The notes under the pieces are model-generated. The model did no database searches. It worked only from the letters and a program-made list of their open reading frames with translations, and had not been told where the DNA came from. Below are positions 16,817 through 28,748 of a DNA stretch of 32,000 bases, one piece after another. Position 1 is the stretch's first letter. Each line of letters begins with the position of its first letter. The translations under genes were made by a program, and so were the position numbers. This DNA is from Candidatus Paracaedimonas acanthamoebae (GTDB lineage Bacteria > Pseudomonadota > Alphaproteobacteria > Caedimonadales > Caedimonadaceae): the NCBI GenBank assembly GCA_000743035.1, contig CP008936.1:360001-392000 (forward strand), written 5' to 3'.

Positions 16817-18892
16817 ATGGCAAGGACAACCCCTTTAGAGAAATACCGCAATATTGGTATTATGGCGCATATTGATGCGGGTAAGACAACGACAACTGAA
16901 CGTATTCTTTATTATACGGGCAAGTCTTACAAGATTGGTGAAGTTCACGAAGGGGCTGCCACCATGGACTGGATGGAGCAGGAGCAAGAGCGAGGCATTA
17001 CGATTACCTCAGCGGCAACAACCTGTTTCTGGAAAAATCACCATATTAACATTATTGATACGCCAGGTCACGTGGACTTCACGATTGAGGTTGAGCGTTC
17101 CTTGCGTGTGCTTGATGGTGCTGTTGCGGTTTTTGATAGCGTTGCGGGTGTTGAACCGCAATCTGAAACAGTTTGGCGTCAGGCTGATAAGTATAATGTT
17201 CCTCGTATTTGCTTTGTAAATAAGATGGACCGTATTGGGGCAAACTTCTATCGTACGGTCGATATGATTGTTGATCGTCTTGGGGCAAATCCTCTGGTGA
17301 TTCAGCTTCCAATTGGTTCTGAAAGCGACTTCGTTGGAATTGTTGATCTTATTGAAATGAAAGCGATTCGTTGGAAAGATGAAAATCTTGGTGCTGAATT
17401 TGTTTATGAAGAGATTCCCGCTGAGCTTAAGGATAAAGCTGAAGAATATCGTGCAAAGCTTGTTGAGCAAGCTGTTGAGCTTGATGATCAAGCGCTTGAA
17501 GCCTATTTGGGTGGTGAGCAGCCTTCTGTTGAAGTTTTGCGTCGTTGTATTCGTAAGGGAACTTTGATTGGAAAATTAGTGCCTGTATTGTGTGGTTCTG
17601 CCTTCAAAAACAAAGGTGTTCAATCTCTTCTTGATGGTGTTGTTGAATTTTTGCCTTCTCCGAATGAACTTATTGAAATTCGCGGAACTTCTCAAGATGG
17701 TGACGCAGAAATTATCCGTAAATTTTCAGATGATGAGCCTTTCTGCGGCCTTGCTTTCAAGATTATGACAGACCCTTTCGTTGGTTCTTTAACCTTTACA
17801 CGTATTTATTCAGGTGTGCTTGAAAGTGGTTCTACCGTACTTAATACGGTTAAGGATCGGAAAGAGCGTATTGGGCGTATGCTTCGTATGCATGCGAACA
17901 GTCGTGAAGATATTAAAGAAGCGCGTGCGGGTGATATCGTGGCGCTCTGTGGATTGAAGGAAACAACAACGGGTGAGACGCTTAGTGACCCCAATAAGGC
18001 GGTTGTGCTTGAGCGTATGGAATTTCCTGAGCCTGTGATCGAAATTGCAATTGAGCCAAAATCTAAGGCTGATCAAGAAAAGATGGGCTTAGCATTGTCT
18101 CGTTTAGCTTCTGAAGACCCTTCATTTAGAGTGAGTACTGACCAAGAATCAGGTCAGACTGTGATTAAAGGAATGGGTGAGCTTCATCTTGAAATTAAAG
18201 TTGATCTCTTAAAGCGCGACTTCAAAGTTGAGACCGTCGTTGGTCAACCTCAGGTTGCCTATCGTGAAACGATTACAAAAGCAGCTGAAATTGATTACAC
18301 TCATAAGAAGCAATCAGGTGGTGCTGGTCAGTTTGCGCGTGTGATTATCAAGTTTGAGCCTTTAGAGCCGGGATCAGGCTATCAATTTGAGAGCAAGATT
18401 GTCGGTGGTTCGGTGCCAAAAGAATATATTCCTGGTGTTCAAAAAGGATTACAATCCGCTCTTGATACTGGTGTGCTCGCAGGTTTCCCAATGATTGACT
18501 TTAAAGCAACTCTTTTGGACGGTGCCTACCATGATGTTGACTCGAGCGTTCTTGCGTTCGAAATTGCAGCACGTGCTGCTTTCCGTGAAGGAATTAAAAA
18601 ATGTACACCAAAGTTACTTGAGCCTGTCATGAAGGTTGAAGTTGTAACGCCAGAAGAGTATATGGGAGATGTGATCGGGGATTTGAATAGCCGTCGTGGT
18701 CAAATTAGTGGAATGGATCAACGTGGTAATGCGCGTGTGGTCAACGCAATGGTACCCTTGGCAAATCTCTTTGGTTATGTTAATACCCTTCGTTCAATGA
18801 GCCAAGGACGTGCCCAGTTCACAATGCATTTTGATCATTATGAACAAGTGCCTCAGCATGTGGCGGACGAAATTTGTACAAAGAATAGCTAA
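16817..18892 (+). CDS. fusA: Elongation factor G
   Basis: G-domain [17 protein letters not shown] and NKMD motifs. 691 aa, in the conserved str-operon position. Confidence 0.97.
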   Translation: MARTTPLEKYRNIGIMAHIDAGKTTTTERILYYTGKSYKIGEVHEGAATMDWMEQEQERGITITSAATTCFWKNHHINIIDTPGHVDFTIEVERSLRVLDGAVAVFDSVAGVEPQSETVWRQADKYNVPRICFVNKMDRIGANFYRTVDMIVDRLGANPLVIQLPIGSESDFVGIVDLIEMKAIRWKDENLGAEFVYEEIPAELKDKAEEYRAKLVEQAVELDDQALEAYLGGEQPSVEVLRRCIRKGTLIGKLVPVLCGSAFKNKGVQSLLDGVVEFLPSPNELIEIRGTSQDGDAEIIRKFSDDEPFCGLAFKIMTDPFVGSLTFTRIYSGVLESGSTVLNTVKDRKERIGRMLRMHANSREDIKEARAGDIVALCGLKETTTGETLSDPNKAVVLERMEFPEPVIEIAIEPKSKADQEKMGLALSRLASEDPSFRVSTDQESGQTVIKGMGELHLEIKVDLLKRDFKVETVVGQPQVAYRETITKAAEIDYTHKKQSGGAGQFARVIIKFEPLEPGSGYQFESKIVGGSVPKEYIPGVQKGLQSALDTGVLAGFPMIDFKATLLDGAYHDVDSSVLAFEIAARAAFREGIKKCTPKLLEPVMKVEVVTPEEYMGDVIGDLNSRRGQISGMDQRGNARVVNAMVPLANLFGYVNTLRSMSQGRAQFTMHFDHYEQVPQHVADEICTKNS

Positions 18893-18909
18893 GGAAAAGG
18901 ATTAAGATC

Positions 18910-20100
18910 ATGAGTAAGGCGAAGTTTGAGCGTAATAAGCCGCATTGCAACGTAGGAACGATTGGTCACGTTGACCATGGTAAGACGACATTGACGGCGG
19001 CGATAACGAAGGTATTGGCGGAGACTGGTGGGGCGACGTTTACGGCGTATGATCAGATTGACAAGGCGCCTGAAGAGAAGGCTCGCGGTATTACGATTTC
19101 GACGGCGCACGTTGAGTATGAGACGGCAAATCGTCACTATGCGCACGTAGACTGTCCTGGTCACGCGGACTATGTTAAGAACATGATTACGGGTGCGGCG
19201 CAGATGGACGGCGGTATATTGGTTGTTTCTGCGGCAGATGGTCCGATGCCACAGACACGTGAGCACATTTTGTTGGCGCGCCAGGTTAACGTGCCAGCGT
19301 TGGTTGTGTTTATGAATAAGGTTGATATGGTTGACGATCCAGAGTTATTGGATTTGGTTGAGTTAGAGATTAGAGATTTGTTGACTTCTTATGGGTTTCC
19401 TGGGGAAGAGATACCGATTGTTAAGGGATCAGCGTTATGTGCGCTTGAGGGTCGTGAGGACAAGATTGGGAAGGAAGCGATCTTAGCATTGATGGCCGCG
19501 GTTGATTCATATATACCGCAGCCTGCTCGTGATGTTGAGAAGCCATTTTTGATGCCGATTGAAGATGTGTTTTCAATTTCTGGTCGTGGGACTGTTGTGA
19601 CGGGCCGCGTTGAGCGAGGTGTTATTAATGTTGGTCAAGAAATTGAGATTGTGGGTATTAAGGATACAGTGAAGTCGACGGTGACGGGAGTTGAGATGTT
19701 TCGTAAGCTTCTTGATCGAGGAGAGGCTGGAGATAACATTGGTGCGCTTTTGCGAGGAGTTGGTCGTGAAGATGTTGAGCGAGGTCAGGTATTGGCGGCT
19801 CCTGGGACGATCACCCCGCATACGAAGTTTGAGGCAGAAGTTGTTATTTTGACGAAGGAAGAGGGTGGTCGTCATACGCCATTTTTTGATAACTATCGTC
19901 CCCAGTTTTACTTCCGGACGACGGATGTCACAGGGACAGTGAAGCTTCCTGATGGAGTTGAGATGGTTATGCCTGGAGATAACATTAAGCTTACAGCAGA
20001 GCTTATAGCGCCTGTTGCGATGGATGAAGGTTTACGCTTTGCAGTTCGTGAAGGTGGTCGTACTGTCGGTGCCGGTGTCGTCACTAAAATACTGGCTTAG
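18910..20100 (+). CDS. tuf: Elongation factor Tu
   Basis: [18 protein letters not shown] and NKVD motifs. 396 aa, alphaproteobacterial-type sequence. Confidence 0.97.
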   Translation: MSKAKFERNKPHCNVGTIGHVDHGKTTLTAAITKVLAETGGATFTAYDQIDKAPEEKARGITISTAHVEYETANRHYAHVDCPGHADYVKNMITGAAQMDGGILVVSAADGPMPQTREHILLARQVNVPALVVFMNKVDMVDDPELLDLVELEIRDLLTSYGFPGEEIPIVKGSALCALEGREDKIGKEAILALMAAVDSYIPQPARDVEKPFLMPIEDVFSISGRGTVVTGRVERGVINVGQEIEIVGIKDTVKSTVTGVEMFRKLLDRGEAGDNIGALLRGVGREDVERGQVLAAPGTITPHTKFEAEVVILTKEEGGRHTPFFDNYRPQFYFRTTDVTGTVKLPDGVEMVMPGDNIKLTAELIAPVAMDEGLRFAVREGGRTVGAGVVTKILA

Positions 20101-20120
20101 TTTAGGGTAATTGTTGAACA

Positions 20121-20150
20121 GAAACGCTGGACTGTCAGCGTTTCATTTTA
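20121..20150 (+). terminator. Hairpin plus T-rich tail between tuf and rpsJ (terminator or S10-leader attenuator)
   Basis: gaaacgctg-gactgt-cagcgtttc forms a perfect 9-bp stem, followed by atttta. Confidence 0.45.
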
Positions 20151-20161
20151 TGGGTTAGATA

Positions 20162-20470
20162 ATGGAAAACCAAAATATACGGATTCGGTTAAAAGCGTTT
20201 GATCATCGTGTCCTTGACCAATCAACGCGAGAGATTGTAAATACTGCAAAGCGTACTGGCGCACGCGTGTGTGGACCTATTCCTTTGCCAACAAAAAAGG
20301 AAGTGTTTACAGTTAACCGTTCCCCGCATATTGATAAAAAATCCAGAGAGCAGTTCGAAATTCGGACTCATAAACGACTATTGGATATTACTGAGTGGTC
20401 TCCGCAAACTGTTGATGCTTTGATGAAGTTAGACTTGGCAGCAGGCGTTGACGTTGAGATTAAGCTCTAG
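20162..20470 (+). CDS. rpsJ: 30S ribosomal protein S10
   Basis: [16 protein letters not shown]...[13 protein letters not shown] is canonical S10. Confidence 0.97.
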   Translation: MENQNIRIRLKAFDHRVLDQSTREIVNTAKRTGARVCGPIPLPTKKEVFTVNRSPHIDKKSREQFEIRTHKRLLDITEWSPQTVDALMKLDLAAGVDVEIKL

Positions 20471-20476
20471 GAGAGA

Positions 20477-21253
20477 ATGATGCGCACAGGATTAATCGCT
20501 GAAAAATTAGGAATGACACGCGTTCTCAGCCCGAAAGGAGAGCACGTTCCAGTGACACTTTTAAAGGTGGATGCATGTCAAGTCACTGATGTAAAGACTA
20601 AAGAAAAACATGGCTATAATGCTGTTCAATTAGGTGTGGGGGCTGTTAAGGCTAAGAAGATTTCAAAGCCCGTACGTGACAGTTTTGCGAAGAAAAAAGT
20701 TGAACTCAAGAGGATTCTTAAAGAGTTTCGAGTAGCCGAAGATGCATTACTTGAACTTGGTGCGCAGATTTCTGTTGATCATTTTGTGCCTGGCCAGTAT
20801 GTTGACGTCACTGGAACATCAGTAGGTAAGGGATTTGCTGGTGTTATGAAGCGCCATAATTTCGGTGGACTAAGAGCCTCTCACGGTGTTTCTATTACGC
20901 ATAGAAGCCATGGTTCTACTGGGCAACGCCAAGATCCTGGTCGTGTTTTCAAAGGAAAAAAAATGGCAGGGCATCTTGGATGCGAGCAGATCACGACCCA
21001 AAATTTGCAAATTTTTGCAACGGATGTTGAAAAGGGACTTATTTTAGTTCGTGGTAATATTCCTGGGGGTGAAGGCTCTTATGTAGTTATTAAAGATGCG
21101 ATTAAGAAAGCTCGTCCTGAAAATGCGCCTTATCCGGCGTCTCTCATGGCGAAGAAAGAAGCTAGCGCAAAAGCTGAAAGTGCTTCAGCTCCGCAAGAAG
21201 TGGCGGAAGTAAAATCTGTTGAGGCGGAAATGCCAACAGAAACAACTGAATAA
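20477..21253 (+). CDS. rplC: 50S ribosomal protein L3 (with Ala/Glu-rich C-terminal extension)
   Basis: [14 protein letters not shown]... and ...[11 protein letters not shown]... are L3 motifs. The start may be 20477 or 20480. Confidence 0.95.
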   Translation: MMRTGLIAEKLGMTRVLSPKGEHVPVTLLKVDACQVTDVKTKEKHGYNAVQLGVGAVKAKKISKPVRDSFAKKKVELKRILKEFRVAEDALLELGAQISVDHFVPGQYVDVTGTSVGKGFAGVMKRHNFGGLRASHGVSITHRSHGSTGQRQDPGRVFKGKKMAGHLGCEQITTQNLQIFATDVEKGLILVRGNIPGGEGSYVVIKDAIKKARPENAPYPASLMAKKEASAKAESASAPQEVAEVKSVEAEMPTETTE

Positions 21254-21267
21254 GTTAGAGTATTTCG

Positions 21268-21891
21268 ATGATAAAGTGCGATATTATTAATTTAGAAAAT
21301 AAAAAGATTGGCCAGATTGAGCTTGCCTCTGAAATTTTTGGTCTTCCTTTGCGCCGTGATATCTTGGCACGTGTTGTGAATTGGCAATTGGCAAAGCGCC
21401 GGGCTGGGACTCATAAAACTCGTGGAATCAGTGATATTAGTGGGACAACTCGTAAGCCTTGGAAGCAAAAAGGAACAGGACGGGCTCGTCAAGGAAGTCT
21501 TCGTTCTCCACAGTTCCGTGGCGGTGCGGTTATATTTGGTCCTGTGGTTCGTGATCATGGTTACAGTCTTCAGAAAAAAGTTCGTCGTCTTGGATTAATG
21601 ACAGCGCTTTCTTCTAAGTTATCTGAAGGTAAGCTTTTTATTGTTGATTCTCTTGAGCAACAAAGTCCAAAAACTCAAGATGCTATTAAGAATCTTGAGA
21701 AGCTAGGACTTAAGAATGCGCTTTTTGTGGATGGTGCTGAAGTAAATAAGAACTTTTCTTTGGCAATTCGGAACATTCCTTATATCGATGTTCTTCCACA
21801 ACAAGGTCTGAATGTTTATGACATCCTTCGTCGTGAAACATTGGTTTTAACGAAGGCAGCCGTAGAAAGTATAGAGCAGAGGCTAAGATGA
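21268..21891 (+). CDS. rplD: 50S ribosomal protein L4
   Basis: ...[30 protein letters not shown]... is canonical L4. Confidence 0.95.
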   Translation: MIKCDIINLENKKIGQIELASEIFGLPLRRDILARVVNWQLAKRRAGTHKTRGISDISGTTRKPWKQKGTGRARQGSLRSPQFRGGAVIFGPVVRDHGYSLQKKVRRLGLMTALSSKLSEGKLFIVDSLEQQSPKTQDAIKNLEKLGLKNALFVDGAEVNKNFSLAIRNIPYIDVLPQQGLNVYDILRRETLVLTKAAVESIEQRLR

Positions 21892-22211
21892 AAAAGAAAG
21901 ATGTTAAACACCAATTAATTGGAATGGAGCGTGCGCTCACAGTTATTCAAGCGCCTCTGATGACTGAAAAGTCAACGATAGCTTCTCAATTTCGACAATA
22001 TGGGTTTAAGACGCTATTAGAAGCGACAAAACCTGAAATTAAGAGTGCGGTTGAGCAAATTTTTAAAGTTAAGGTTGTGGCCGTTAATACAATCCTTCAA
22101 AAAGGGAAAGTTAAAAGGTTTAAAGGGCGTGAAGGTCGTCGTAGCGATTATAAAAAGGCGATTGTTACCTTGGCTGAAGGTCATACCATTGATGTAGGTG
22201 CAGGATTATAA
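21888..22211 (+). CDS. rplW: 50S ribosomal protein L23
   Basis: ...[12 protein letters not shown]... motif and conserved position. ATGA overlap with rplD. The exact start is uncertain. Confidence 0.9.
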   Translation: MKKKDVKHQLIGMERALTVIQAPLMTEKSTIASQFRQYGFKTLLEATKPEIKSAVEQIFKVKVVAVNTILQKGKVKRFKGREGRRSDYKKAIVTLAEGHTIDVGAGL

Positions 22212-22212
22212 A

Positions 22213-23040
22213 ATGACATTAAAGACATTTAGACCCACAACCCCTGGACAACGCCAACTTGTTTTAGTGGATCGTTCAGAATTATGGAATGGCAAGCCTG
22301 TAAAAACCCTTACGGAAGGTAAGAAAAAAACAGGTGGACGTAACAATAATGGTCGTATTACCTCTTTTCAAAAAGGTGGTGGGCATAAGCAACGCTATCG
22401 GATTATTGATTTTAAGCGTCGTAAGGATGGAATGGTCGCTAAGGTTGAGCGTCTTGAGTACGATCCTAATAGAACAGCTTTTATTGCTCTGATTCGTTAT
22501 GTTGATGATACCCTTTCTTATATTTTAGCGCCGCAACGTTTGGCTCTTGGAGATCAGGTTGAGTCTGGTGAGAAGGCAGATATTAAGACTGGCAATTGTT
22601 TGGCCCTTAAAGGGATTCCTGTTGGTACCATTATTCATAATATTGAAATGAGGCCAGGAAAAGGTGGACAGCTTGCTCGTTCCGGAGGGACTTATGCTCA
22701 AATTATTGGGCGTGATGCTGGAAATATTCAGCTTCGTTTAACCTCTGGTGAGCTTAGAGTTGTTTCAGGTGAATGCCGTGCAACAATTGGAGCTGTTTCG
22801 AATCCAGATCAAAAGAACGTTAGTTTAGGAAAAGCTGGGCGTTCACGTTGGCTAGGTCGTCGCCCCGTTGTTCGTGGTGTGGCTATGAACCCGATTGATC
22901 ATCCTCATGGTGGTGGTGAAGGTAAAACATCAGGTGGGCGTCATCCTGTTACCCCTTGGGGCAAGCCAACAAAGGGTAAAAAGACAAGAGGTAAAAAACC
23001 TTCTGATAAAATGATTATTAGAAGACGTAATAAGAAGTAG
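22213..23040 (+). CDS. rplB: 50S ribosomal protein L2
   Basis: Start set at ATG 22213 ([15 protein letters not shown]), just after the rplW stop. Contains GGGHKQRYR and [13 protein letters not shown] motifs. Confidence 0.95.
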   Translation: MTLKTFRPTTPGQRQLVLVDRSELWNGKPVKTLTEGKKKTGGRNNNGRITSFQKGGGHKQRYRIIDFKRRKDGMVAKVERLEYDPNRTAFIALIRYVDDTLSYILAPQRLALGDQVESGEKADIKTGNCLALKGIPVGTIIHNIEMRPGKGGQLARSGGTYAQIIGRDAGNIQLRLTSGELRVVSGECRATIGAVSNPDQKNVSLGKAGRSRWLGRRPVVRGVAMNPIDHPHGGGEGKTSGGRHPVTPWGKPTKGKKTRGKKPSDKMIIRRRNKK

Positions 23041-23060
23041 TTAATTAAGGAGTTGAAGTA

Positions 23061-23339
23061 GTGGCACGCTCGGTTTGGAAAGGTCCTTTTGTAGATGGCT
23101 TTCTTCTGAAAAAAGCAGAAGCAGCTCAAGAAAGTGCACGTAAAGAAGTTATTAAAACCTGGTCGCGGCGTTCAACAATTATGCCGCAATTTGTGGGCTT
23201 GACTTTTGCTGTACATAATGGCCATAAGTTCATACCTGTACTTGTAACTGAAGAAATGATCGGGCATCGATTTGGTGAGTTTGCGTTAACGCGAACATTT
23301 CATGGTCATGCTGGTGATAAGAAGGCTAAAAGAGGATAA
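23061..23339 (+). CDS. rpsS: 30S ribosomal protein S19
   Basis: GTG start. [11 protein letters not shown]...[10 protein letters not shown] is canonical S19. Confidence 0.96.
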   Translation: MARSVWKGPFVDGFLLKKAEAAQESARKEVIKTWSRRSTIMPQFVGLTFAVHNGHKFIPVLVTEEMIGHRFGEFALTRTFHGHAGDKKAKRG

Positions 23340-23341
23340 CA

Positions 23342-23722
23342 ATGTCAAAGAAAGCGACACCACGTAAGCTCGATGTGACTGAAGCTGGTGCGACACTTCG
23401 CACTTTAAGAATTAGTCCCCGTAAGCTGAATTTAATTGCAGGAATGATTCGTGGCAAGCATGTGAGTGATGCTTTAGATCATTTAATGTTTTCAAGAAAA
23501 CGTTCTGCCAAAGCCGTCTATGACTTGGTTGTTTCTGCGATTTCTAACGCAGAAAATAACCATGGTCTTGATATGGACCGTCTTTATGTTGCGGAAGCTC
23601 ATGTTGGAAAAAGTTTAGTAATGAAGCGTTTTATGGCGCGAGCACGTGGGCGAGGGGCAAAAATTTTGAAGCCTTTCAGCCGTATTAGTGTTGTTTTGCG
23701 TGAACAAAGGGATCAAGCATAA
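23342..23722 (+). CDS. rplV: 50S ribosomal protein L22
   Basis: ...[23 protein letters not shown]... is canonical L22. Confidence 0.95.
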   Translation: MSKKATPRKLDVTEAGATLRTLRISPRKLNLIAGMIRGKHVSDALDHLMFSRKRSAKAVYDLVVSAISNAENNHGLDMDRLYVAEAHVGKSLVMKRFMARARGRGAKILKPFSRISVVLREQRDQA

Positions 23723-24396
23723 TGGGACAAAAAGTAAAACCAATTGGCTTACGCCTTGGAATTAACCGGACTTGGGATTCTAGGTGGTTTGCAAGTAAAA
23801 ATTACGGTGATTTGTTGATCGAAGATATCCGGATTCGTGAGTATCTTTATAAAAAATTGCCTCAAGCTGGTATCTCTAAGATTGTTATTGAGCGCCCAAC
23901 AAAGAAAGCTGTTGTTACAATCCATGCTTCAAGGCCTGGTGTTGTGATTGGTAAAAAAGGAACCGATATAGAGAAACTTCGTGCCGATCTTACGAAGATG
24001 GTTGAAGGTGAAGTAAGCCTTAATATCGTTGAAGTTCGTAAGCCTGAGTTGGATGCTAAGTTAGTTGCAGAGAGTATTGCGCAACAAATTGAGCGTCGCG
24101 TCAGTTATCGCCGTGCAATGAAGCGTGCGATGCAAACCACGATGCGTCTTGGTGCAAAAGGAATGCGTATTTTAGTGTCTGGCCGTTTAGGAGGAGCTGA
24201 AATCGCTCGTGATGAACAGTACCGTGAAGGGCGTGTTCCCCTACATACGTTACGTGCCGAAGTTGACTATGGTCATGGTGAAGCAAAGACAACTTATGGT
24301 ATTTGTGGTGTTAAAGTTTGGATTTTTAAGGGTGAAATTTTAGAGCGTGATCCTTTGGCTGTTGAAAATCGTGTTCCAGCTCAAGCGAACGTTTAA
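23722..24396 (+). CDS. rpsC: 30S ribosomal protein S3
   Basis: [24 protein letters not shown] is canonical S3. Confidence 0.97.
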   Translation: MGQKVKPIGLRLGINRTWDSRWFASKNYGDLLIEDIRIREYLYKKLPQAGISKIVIERPTKKAVVTIHASRPGVVIGKKGTDIEKLRADLTKMVEGEVSLNIVEVRKPELDAKLVAESIAQQIERRVSYRRAMKRAMQTTMRLGAKGMRILVSGRLGGAEIARDEQYREGRVPLHTLRAEVDYGHGEAKTTYGICGVKVWIFKGEILERDPLAVENRVPAQANV

Positions 24397-24412
24397 AAAG
24401 TAAAGGTGAGAG

Positions 24413-24832
24413 ATGTTAGCTCCTAAAAGAACAAAATTTCGTAAAGCACATAAAGGTCGCATCCATGGTGTTGCAAAAGGTGGGACCGCTCTTAACTTTG
24501 GAGCTTATGGATTAAAAGCTCTTGAACCTGCTCGTGTTACAGCGCGACAGATCGAAGCAGCTCGTCGTGCTATTACGCGTCATATTCGTCGTGCAGGCCG
24601 TGTGTGGATTCGAATTTTTCCAGATGTGCCCGTTTCAACAAAGCCAGCTGAAGTGCGTATGGGAAGCGGTAAAGGTAATCCTGAATATTGGGCTTGCCGT
24701 GTTGCGCCTGGAAGAATCATGTTTGAGCTTGACGGCATCCCCGCTGATCTGGCAAAAAGAGCATTCGAATTGGCGGCTGCTAAGCTTCCTATAAAAACTC
24801 GTTTTGTGGCTCGTATTGGCGCTGAAGGATAG
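24413..24832 (+). CDS. rplP: 50S ribosomal protein L16
   Basis: [16 protein letters not shown]...[10 protein letters not shown] is canonical L16. Confidence 0.97.
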   Translation: MLAPKRTKFRKAHKGRIHGVAKGGTALNFGAYGLKALEPARVTARQIEAARRAITRHIRRAGRVWIRIFPDVPVSTKPAEVRMGSGKGNPEYWACRVAPGRIMFELDGIPADLAKRAFELAAAKLPIKTRFVARIGAEG

Positions 24833-24835
24833 AAA

Positions 24836-25042
24836 ATGTTAAAGGTAGAAGATTTAAAAAGAAAAACCAATTCTGAATTACAGGATATGGCGATTCAGTT
24901 AAGAAGAGAATTGATGAATTTGCGCTTTCAGCGAGTTGCTGGTCAAATCACGTCAACTGCGCGGTTCCGTGAGGCGAGAAGAGAAATTGCTCAAATTAAA
25001 ACCCTTCAGCGTCAAAATGCGCTGAGCAAAGCATTATCATAA
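24836..25042 (+). CDS. rpmC: 50S ribosomal protein L29
   Basis: 68 aa with ...ELMNLRFQ... motif, in the conserved position. Confidence 0.92.
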   Translation: MLKVEDLKRKTNSELQDMAIQLRRELMNLRFQRVAGQITSTARFREARREIAQIKTLQRQNALSKALS

Positions 25043-25052
25043 GGAGTTTTAG

Positions 25053-25292
25053 ATGCCTCGTAGAGTTTTACAGGGTGTTGTTGTTAGTACAGCGTGTGAA
25101 AAGACTGCAATTGTTCGTGTTGAGCGTCGTGTTCAGCACCCAATGTACAAGAAGATTATTACGCGCTCAAAGAAATATACAGCGCACGATGAAGGTAATC
25201 AATGTCAAATTGGTGAGCAAGTGACAATTCGTGAGTGTCGACCACTTTCGAAGCGTAAGTGTTGGGAAGTTATTAGAGAACAACAGGCCTAA
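25053..25292 (+). CDS. rpsQ: 30S ribosomal protein S17
   Basis: ...LQGVVVS...[18 protein letters not shown]... is canonical S17. Confidence 0.95.
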   Translation: MPRRVLQGVVVSTACEKTAIVRVERRVQHPMYKKIITRSKKYTAHDEGNQCQIGEQVTIRECRPLSKRKCWEVIREQQA

Positions 25293-25309
25293 AAGGTTAA
25301 GGCAGAACG

Positions 25310-25678
25310 ATGATTAGAGAACAAACAAATTTAGAAGTTGCCGACAATTCTGGAGCACGTCGCGTTGAATGTATCCGCGTATTAGGGGGAACAGGACGAC
25401 GTTACGCTTCTGTCGGTGATGTTATTATTGTGGCTGTAAAGGATGCAATTCCAGATCGCCGCGTGAAAAAAGGTGAAGTGCATAAGGCTGTTATTGTGAG
25501 GACTTCAAAAGAAGTGCGTCGTCAAGATGGGACGGCAATTCGATTTGATCGTAATGCAGCTGTTTTGATTAACAATAACATGGAGCCTCTTGGGACACGT
25601 ATTTTCGGGCCTGTAACTCGAGAACTACGTTCTAAGAACTTTATGAAAATTATCTCTCTTGCTCCTGAGGTGCTATAA
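25310..25678 (+). CDS. rplN: 50S ribosomal protein L14
   Basis: ...[12 protein letters not shown]... and ...[12 protein letters not shown]... are canonical L14. Confidence 0.97.
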   Translation: MIREQTNLEVADNSGARRVECIRVLGGTGRRYASVGDVIIVAVKDAIPDRRVKKGEVHKAVIVRTSKEVRRQDGTAIRFDRNAAVLINNNMEPLGTRIFGPVTRELRSKNFMKIISLAPEVL

Positions 25679-26001
25679 TGTTGCAAAGTTGGAAAGTAAA
25701 AAAAGGCGATCGTGTTGTGGTGATTGCTGGTAAAGATAAGGGCAAAATGGGAGAGATTACTCAAGTTTTGCGTACAGATGGTCGTGTTGTGGTGAGTGGT
25801 ATTAATGTGCAAGCAAAACACCAAAAGCCTTCAATGGGCAATGCAGGTGGTATTGTGCGTAAAGAGGCTCCTATTCATGTCTCAAATGTGATGCACGCTG
25901 ACCCTAAGGATGATAAACCAACACGTGTTGGAATGAAAAACCTTGAGAATGGACGTAAAGTGCGTTATGCAAAACGTTCAGGCGAAATTATTGATAAGTA
26001 A
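25678..26001 (+). CDS. rplX: 50S ribosomal protein L24
   Basis: [19 protein letters not shown] motif. The start overlaps the rplN stop. Confidence 0.93.
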   Translation: MLQSWKVKKGDRVVVIAGKDKGKMGEITQVLRTDGRVVVSGINVQAKHQKPSMGNAGGIVRKEAPIHVSNVMHADPKDDKPTRVGMKNLENGRKVRYAKRSGEIIDK

Positions 26002-26012
26002 AGGCAGTACCA

Positions 26013-26552
26013 ATGGTCCGGTTACGCGAACATTATGAAAAAGTTGTTAGAGCTGAGCTCGTAAAGCAGTTCAATTATACAAATCCTATGGAAGTTCCTA
26101 AGATTGAAAAAATTGTACTGAATATGGGAGTGGGTGAAGCTGCCCAAGATAAAAAGAAGATTGAAATTGCTGTGAGTGAGCTGACAGCGATTGCTGGCCA
26201 AAAGCCAGTGACAACAAAGGCAAAGAAGTCGATTGCAGGTTTTAAGGTGCGTGAAGGCGTACCCTTAGGAGCTAAAGTTACGCTTCGACAAGCACGTATG
26301 TATGAGTTTTTAGATCGTCTTGTAAATATTGCGATGCCTCGTATTCGCGATTTTAGAGGAATCTCTAAAAAATGCTTTGATGGGCGTGGAAATTTTGCTA
26401 TGGGCATAAAAGAGCATATCGTTTTTCCTGAAATTGACTATGACAAAGTTGAGAAGGTTCGGGGGCTTGATATTATCATTGTGACGACTGCTCGAACAGA
26501 CGCAGAAGCATTGGCTTTGTTGAGTGGGTTTAATTTCCCCTTTATGAATTAA
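26013..26552 (+). CDS. rplE: 50S ribosomal protein L5
   Basis: ...[11 protein letters not shown]... and ...FRGIS...[13 protein letters not shown]... are canonical L5. Confidence 0.96.
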   Translation: MVRLREHYEKVVRAELVKQFNYTNPMEVPKIEKIVLNMGVGEAAQDKKKIEIAVSELTAIAGQKPVTTKAKKSIAGFKVREGVPLGAKVTLRQARMYEFLDRLVNIAMPRIRDFRGISKKCFDGRGNFAMGIKEHIVFPEIDYDKVEKVRGLDIIIVTTARTDAEALALLSGFNFPFMN

Positions 26553-26562
26553 GGTAAAAAGA

Positions 26563-26868
26563 ATGGCAAAACTGAGTTCAGTTGAAAAAAATAATCGTCG
26601 GCGTAAAATGTCCCAGCAATTTGAGGCACGCCGGATGAAATTAAAGGCAACTATTTACAATCGTGAGTTGACACCGGAAGATCGGTTTGAGGCAACTTTA
26701 AAGTTAGCGGCTCTTCCAAGAAATGGTGCGAAAATTCGCATTCGCAATCGTTGTGAGGTTTCGGGGCGTTCACGTGGTGTTTATCGTAAATTTAAGATGT
26801 CACGTATTGCATTAAGAGAATTAGGGTCACTGGGGCTTATTCCTGGTTTGACTAAAGCAAGTTGGTAG
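26563..26868 (+). CDS. rpsN: 30S ribosomal protein S14 (long, 101-aa form)
   Basis: ...LPRN....R.RNRC..SGR.RGVYRKF..SRI.LRE... and a C-terminal W. Confidence 0.95.
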   Translation: MAKLSSVEKNNRRRKMSQQFEARRMKLKATIYNRELTPEDRFEATLKLAALPRNGAKIRIRNRCEVSGRSRGVYRKFKMSRIALRELGSLGLIPGLTKASW

Positions 26869-26877
26869 GAGTTTAAA

Positions 26878-27276
26878 ATGAGTTTTTCAGATCCAATTGG
26901 TGATCTTATTACACGCCTTAGAAATGCTCAGATGTTAGGACGTCAAGAAGTTCGTTCTCCAGCATCTAAAGAACGTGCAAATGTTCTTGATGTATTAAAG
27001 CGTGAAGGGTATATCAAAGATTATGGAATTCATGAGGTGCGCCCTGGCATTCAGGAAATGATTGTGACGCTGAAGTATGTCGATGGATCACCTGTTATTG
27101 ATGAGATTTCAAGGGTTTCAAAACCAGGACGTCGTGTTTATTCTGCAATTTCTAAATTGCAAAAGATTAAAGGTGGTCTTGGAATTTCTGTCCTCTCAAC
27201 TTCTCAAGGCGTTATGTCCGATCATGAGGCGCGCGAAAAGAATGTGGGCGGAGAAGTTTTATTTAAAGTATTCTAA
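26878..27276 (+). CDS. rpsH: 30S ribosomal protein S8
   Basis: DPIGDLITRLRNAQM... and ...GGEVL.KVF are canonical S8. Confidence 0.96.
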   Translation: MSFSDPIGDLITRLRNAQMLGRQEVRSPASKERANVLDVLKREGYIKDYGIHEVRPGIQEMIVTLKYVDGSPVIDEISRVSKPGRRVYSAISKLQKIKGGLGISVLSTSQGVMSDHEAREKNVGGEVLFKVF

Positions 27277-27296
27277 ATTTTGAAGGCGGAATTAAT

Positions 27297-27830
27297 ATGT
27301 CGCGTGTAGGAAAGAATCCAGTTGTAATCCCGCAAGGAGTTGAGTGCCAAATTTCTGGTGCAATGCTTACTGTTAAGGGAAAAGTAGGGCAATTAACGAT
27401 GCCTATTTCTTCTGATGTTATTGCAAAAGTTGAAGATGGCAAAATTGTTGTTAAGCCTGCTTCTCAGAGTAAACAATCACGTATGATGTGGGGGACAACG
27501 CGCAAGCTTGTTGATAATATTATTGTTGGTGTTTCTCAAGGATTTACGCGAAATCTTGAAATTAACGGGGTTGGTTACCGTGCATCCGTTCAAGGTCAAA
27601 ACCTTGTTTTGCAATTAGGCTACAGTCATGATATTGAGTATCCAATTCCTGGCGATGTTCAAATTAAATGTGAAAAGCCAACGTCAATTTCTATTTTTGG
27701 AGCAAACCGTCAGCGTGTTGGTCAGATTGCTGCAGAAATTCGTAACTATCGTGGGCCTGAGCCTTATAAAGGTAAAGGAATTAAGTATGAGAATGAATTC
27801 ATTCTCCGCAAAGAAGGTAAGAAGAAGTAA
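27297..27830 (+). CDS. rplF: 50S ribosomal protein L6
   Basis: [16 protein letters not shown]... and ...GVGYRA... are canonical L6. Confidence 0.96.
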   Translation: MSRVGKNPVVIPQGVECQISGAMLTVKGKVGQLTMPISSDVIAKVEDGKIVVKPASQSKQSRMMWGTTRKLVDNIIVGVSQGFTRNLEINGVGYRASVQGQNLVLQLGYSHDIEYPIPGDVQIKCEKPTSISIFGANRQRVGQIAAEIRNYRGPEPYKGKGIKYENEFILRKEGKKK

Positions 27831-27835
27831 AAGCT

Positions 27836-28189
27836 ATGTTAACTGTGCAAGATAAATTCAATCGTCGTAAGCAAAGAGTTAGAACACATATTGCGCGTGT
27901 TGCTGTTGGACGCCCAAGGCTCACAGTTTATCGCTCAAATAAGCATATCTATGCTCAAGTTATTGATGATCAAAATCGCCGAACTTTAACGGCTGCTTCA
28001 ACTCTTGATAAAGGGGTAGAAGGAAGTGGTGGCAATAAGGCTGCGGCTGAGTTGGTTGGTAAGCTGCTTGCTGAAAAAGCTAAGAAATTAGGCGTTACAA
28101 ATGTTGTTTTTGATCGAGGAGCATACCTTTATCATGGCCGTGTGAAGGCATTGGCTGAAGCTGCTCGTGCTCATGGCTTATCATTCTAA
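27836..28189 (+). CDS. rplR: 50S ribosomal protein L18
   Basis: ...[18 protein letters not shown]... and ...[21 protein letters not shown]-like C-terminus. Confidence 0.95.
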   Translation: MLTVQDKFNRRKQRVRTHIARVAVGRPRLTVYRSNKHIYAQVIDDQNRRTLTAASTLDKGVEGSGGNKAAAELVGKLLAEKAKKLGVTNVVFDRGAYLYHGRVKALAEAARAHGLSF

Positions 28190-28199
28190 GGAAAATAAG

Positions 28200-28748
28200 A
28201 TGGCTCGTAATCCCACTACAGAAAAAGATGTTGAACTTATTGAGAAGCTTGTCAACATCAACCGTGTTGCCAAGGTTGTTAAGGGAGGTCGTCGTTTCGG
28301 CTTTTCTGCTCTTGTAATTGTTGGCGATGGAAAAGGTCGTGTTGGCTTTGGTAACGGAAAAGCTCGCGAAGTTCCTGATGCAGTGCGTAAAGCAACTGAA
28401 AAGGCAAAGAGAAGCTTAGTTCGTATTCCTCTTCGTGAAGGGCGTACTTTACATCACGATGTGACTGCGCGTTATGGTGCTGGAAAAGTGCATTTACGTT
28501 CTGCTGTAGCTGGAACAGGAATTATTGCTGGTGGTCCTATGCGTGCTGTTTTTGAAGCCTTAGGGATTCATGATGTTGTGAGTAAGTCGATTGGGACAAG
28601 TAATCCACAAAATCTAGTAAGAGCAACTTTTGAAGCCTTGCAGAGCGTTTCTAGCCCGCGACAAATTGCTCATAAGCGCGGTAAAAAAGTTGGCGATATC
28701 GTGGGTCGCCGTGATAATGAAGCAACAAATGAGAAAGCTCATGACTAA
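28200..28748 (+). CDS. rpsE: 30S ribosomal protein S5
   Basis: Start set at ATG 28200, after the rplR stop and AAGGA. ...[34 protein letters not shown] is canonical S5. Confidence 0.95.
   Translation: MARNPTTEKDVELIEKLVNINRVAKVVKGGRRFGFSALVIVGDGKGRVGFGNGKAREVPDAVRKATEKAKRSLVRIPLREGRTLHHDVTARYGAGKVHLRSAVAGTGIIAGGPMRAVFEALGIHDVVSKSIGTSNPQNLVRATFEALQSVSSPRQIAHKRGKKVGDIVGRRDNEATNEKAHD

Noticed and set aside
16248-19875. Antisense and alternate-frame ORFs inside rpsG, fusA and tuf (16248-16829, 16854-17219, 17009-17491, 17079-17312, 17379-17567, 17806-18076, 18889-19266, 19573-19875)
   Set aside because: All overlap unambiguous, highly conserved translation genes. Their products are Arg/Asn-rich and low-complexity. 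They are explained by the codon bias of the sense genes, especially the NNG bias of tuf.
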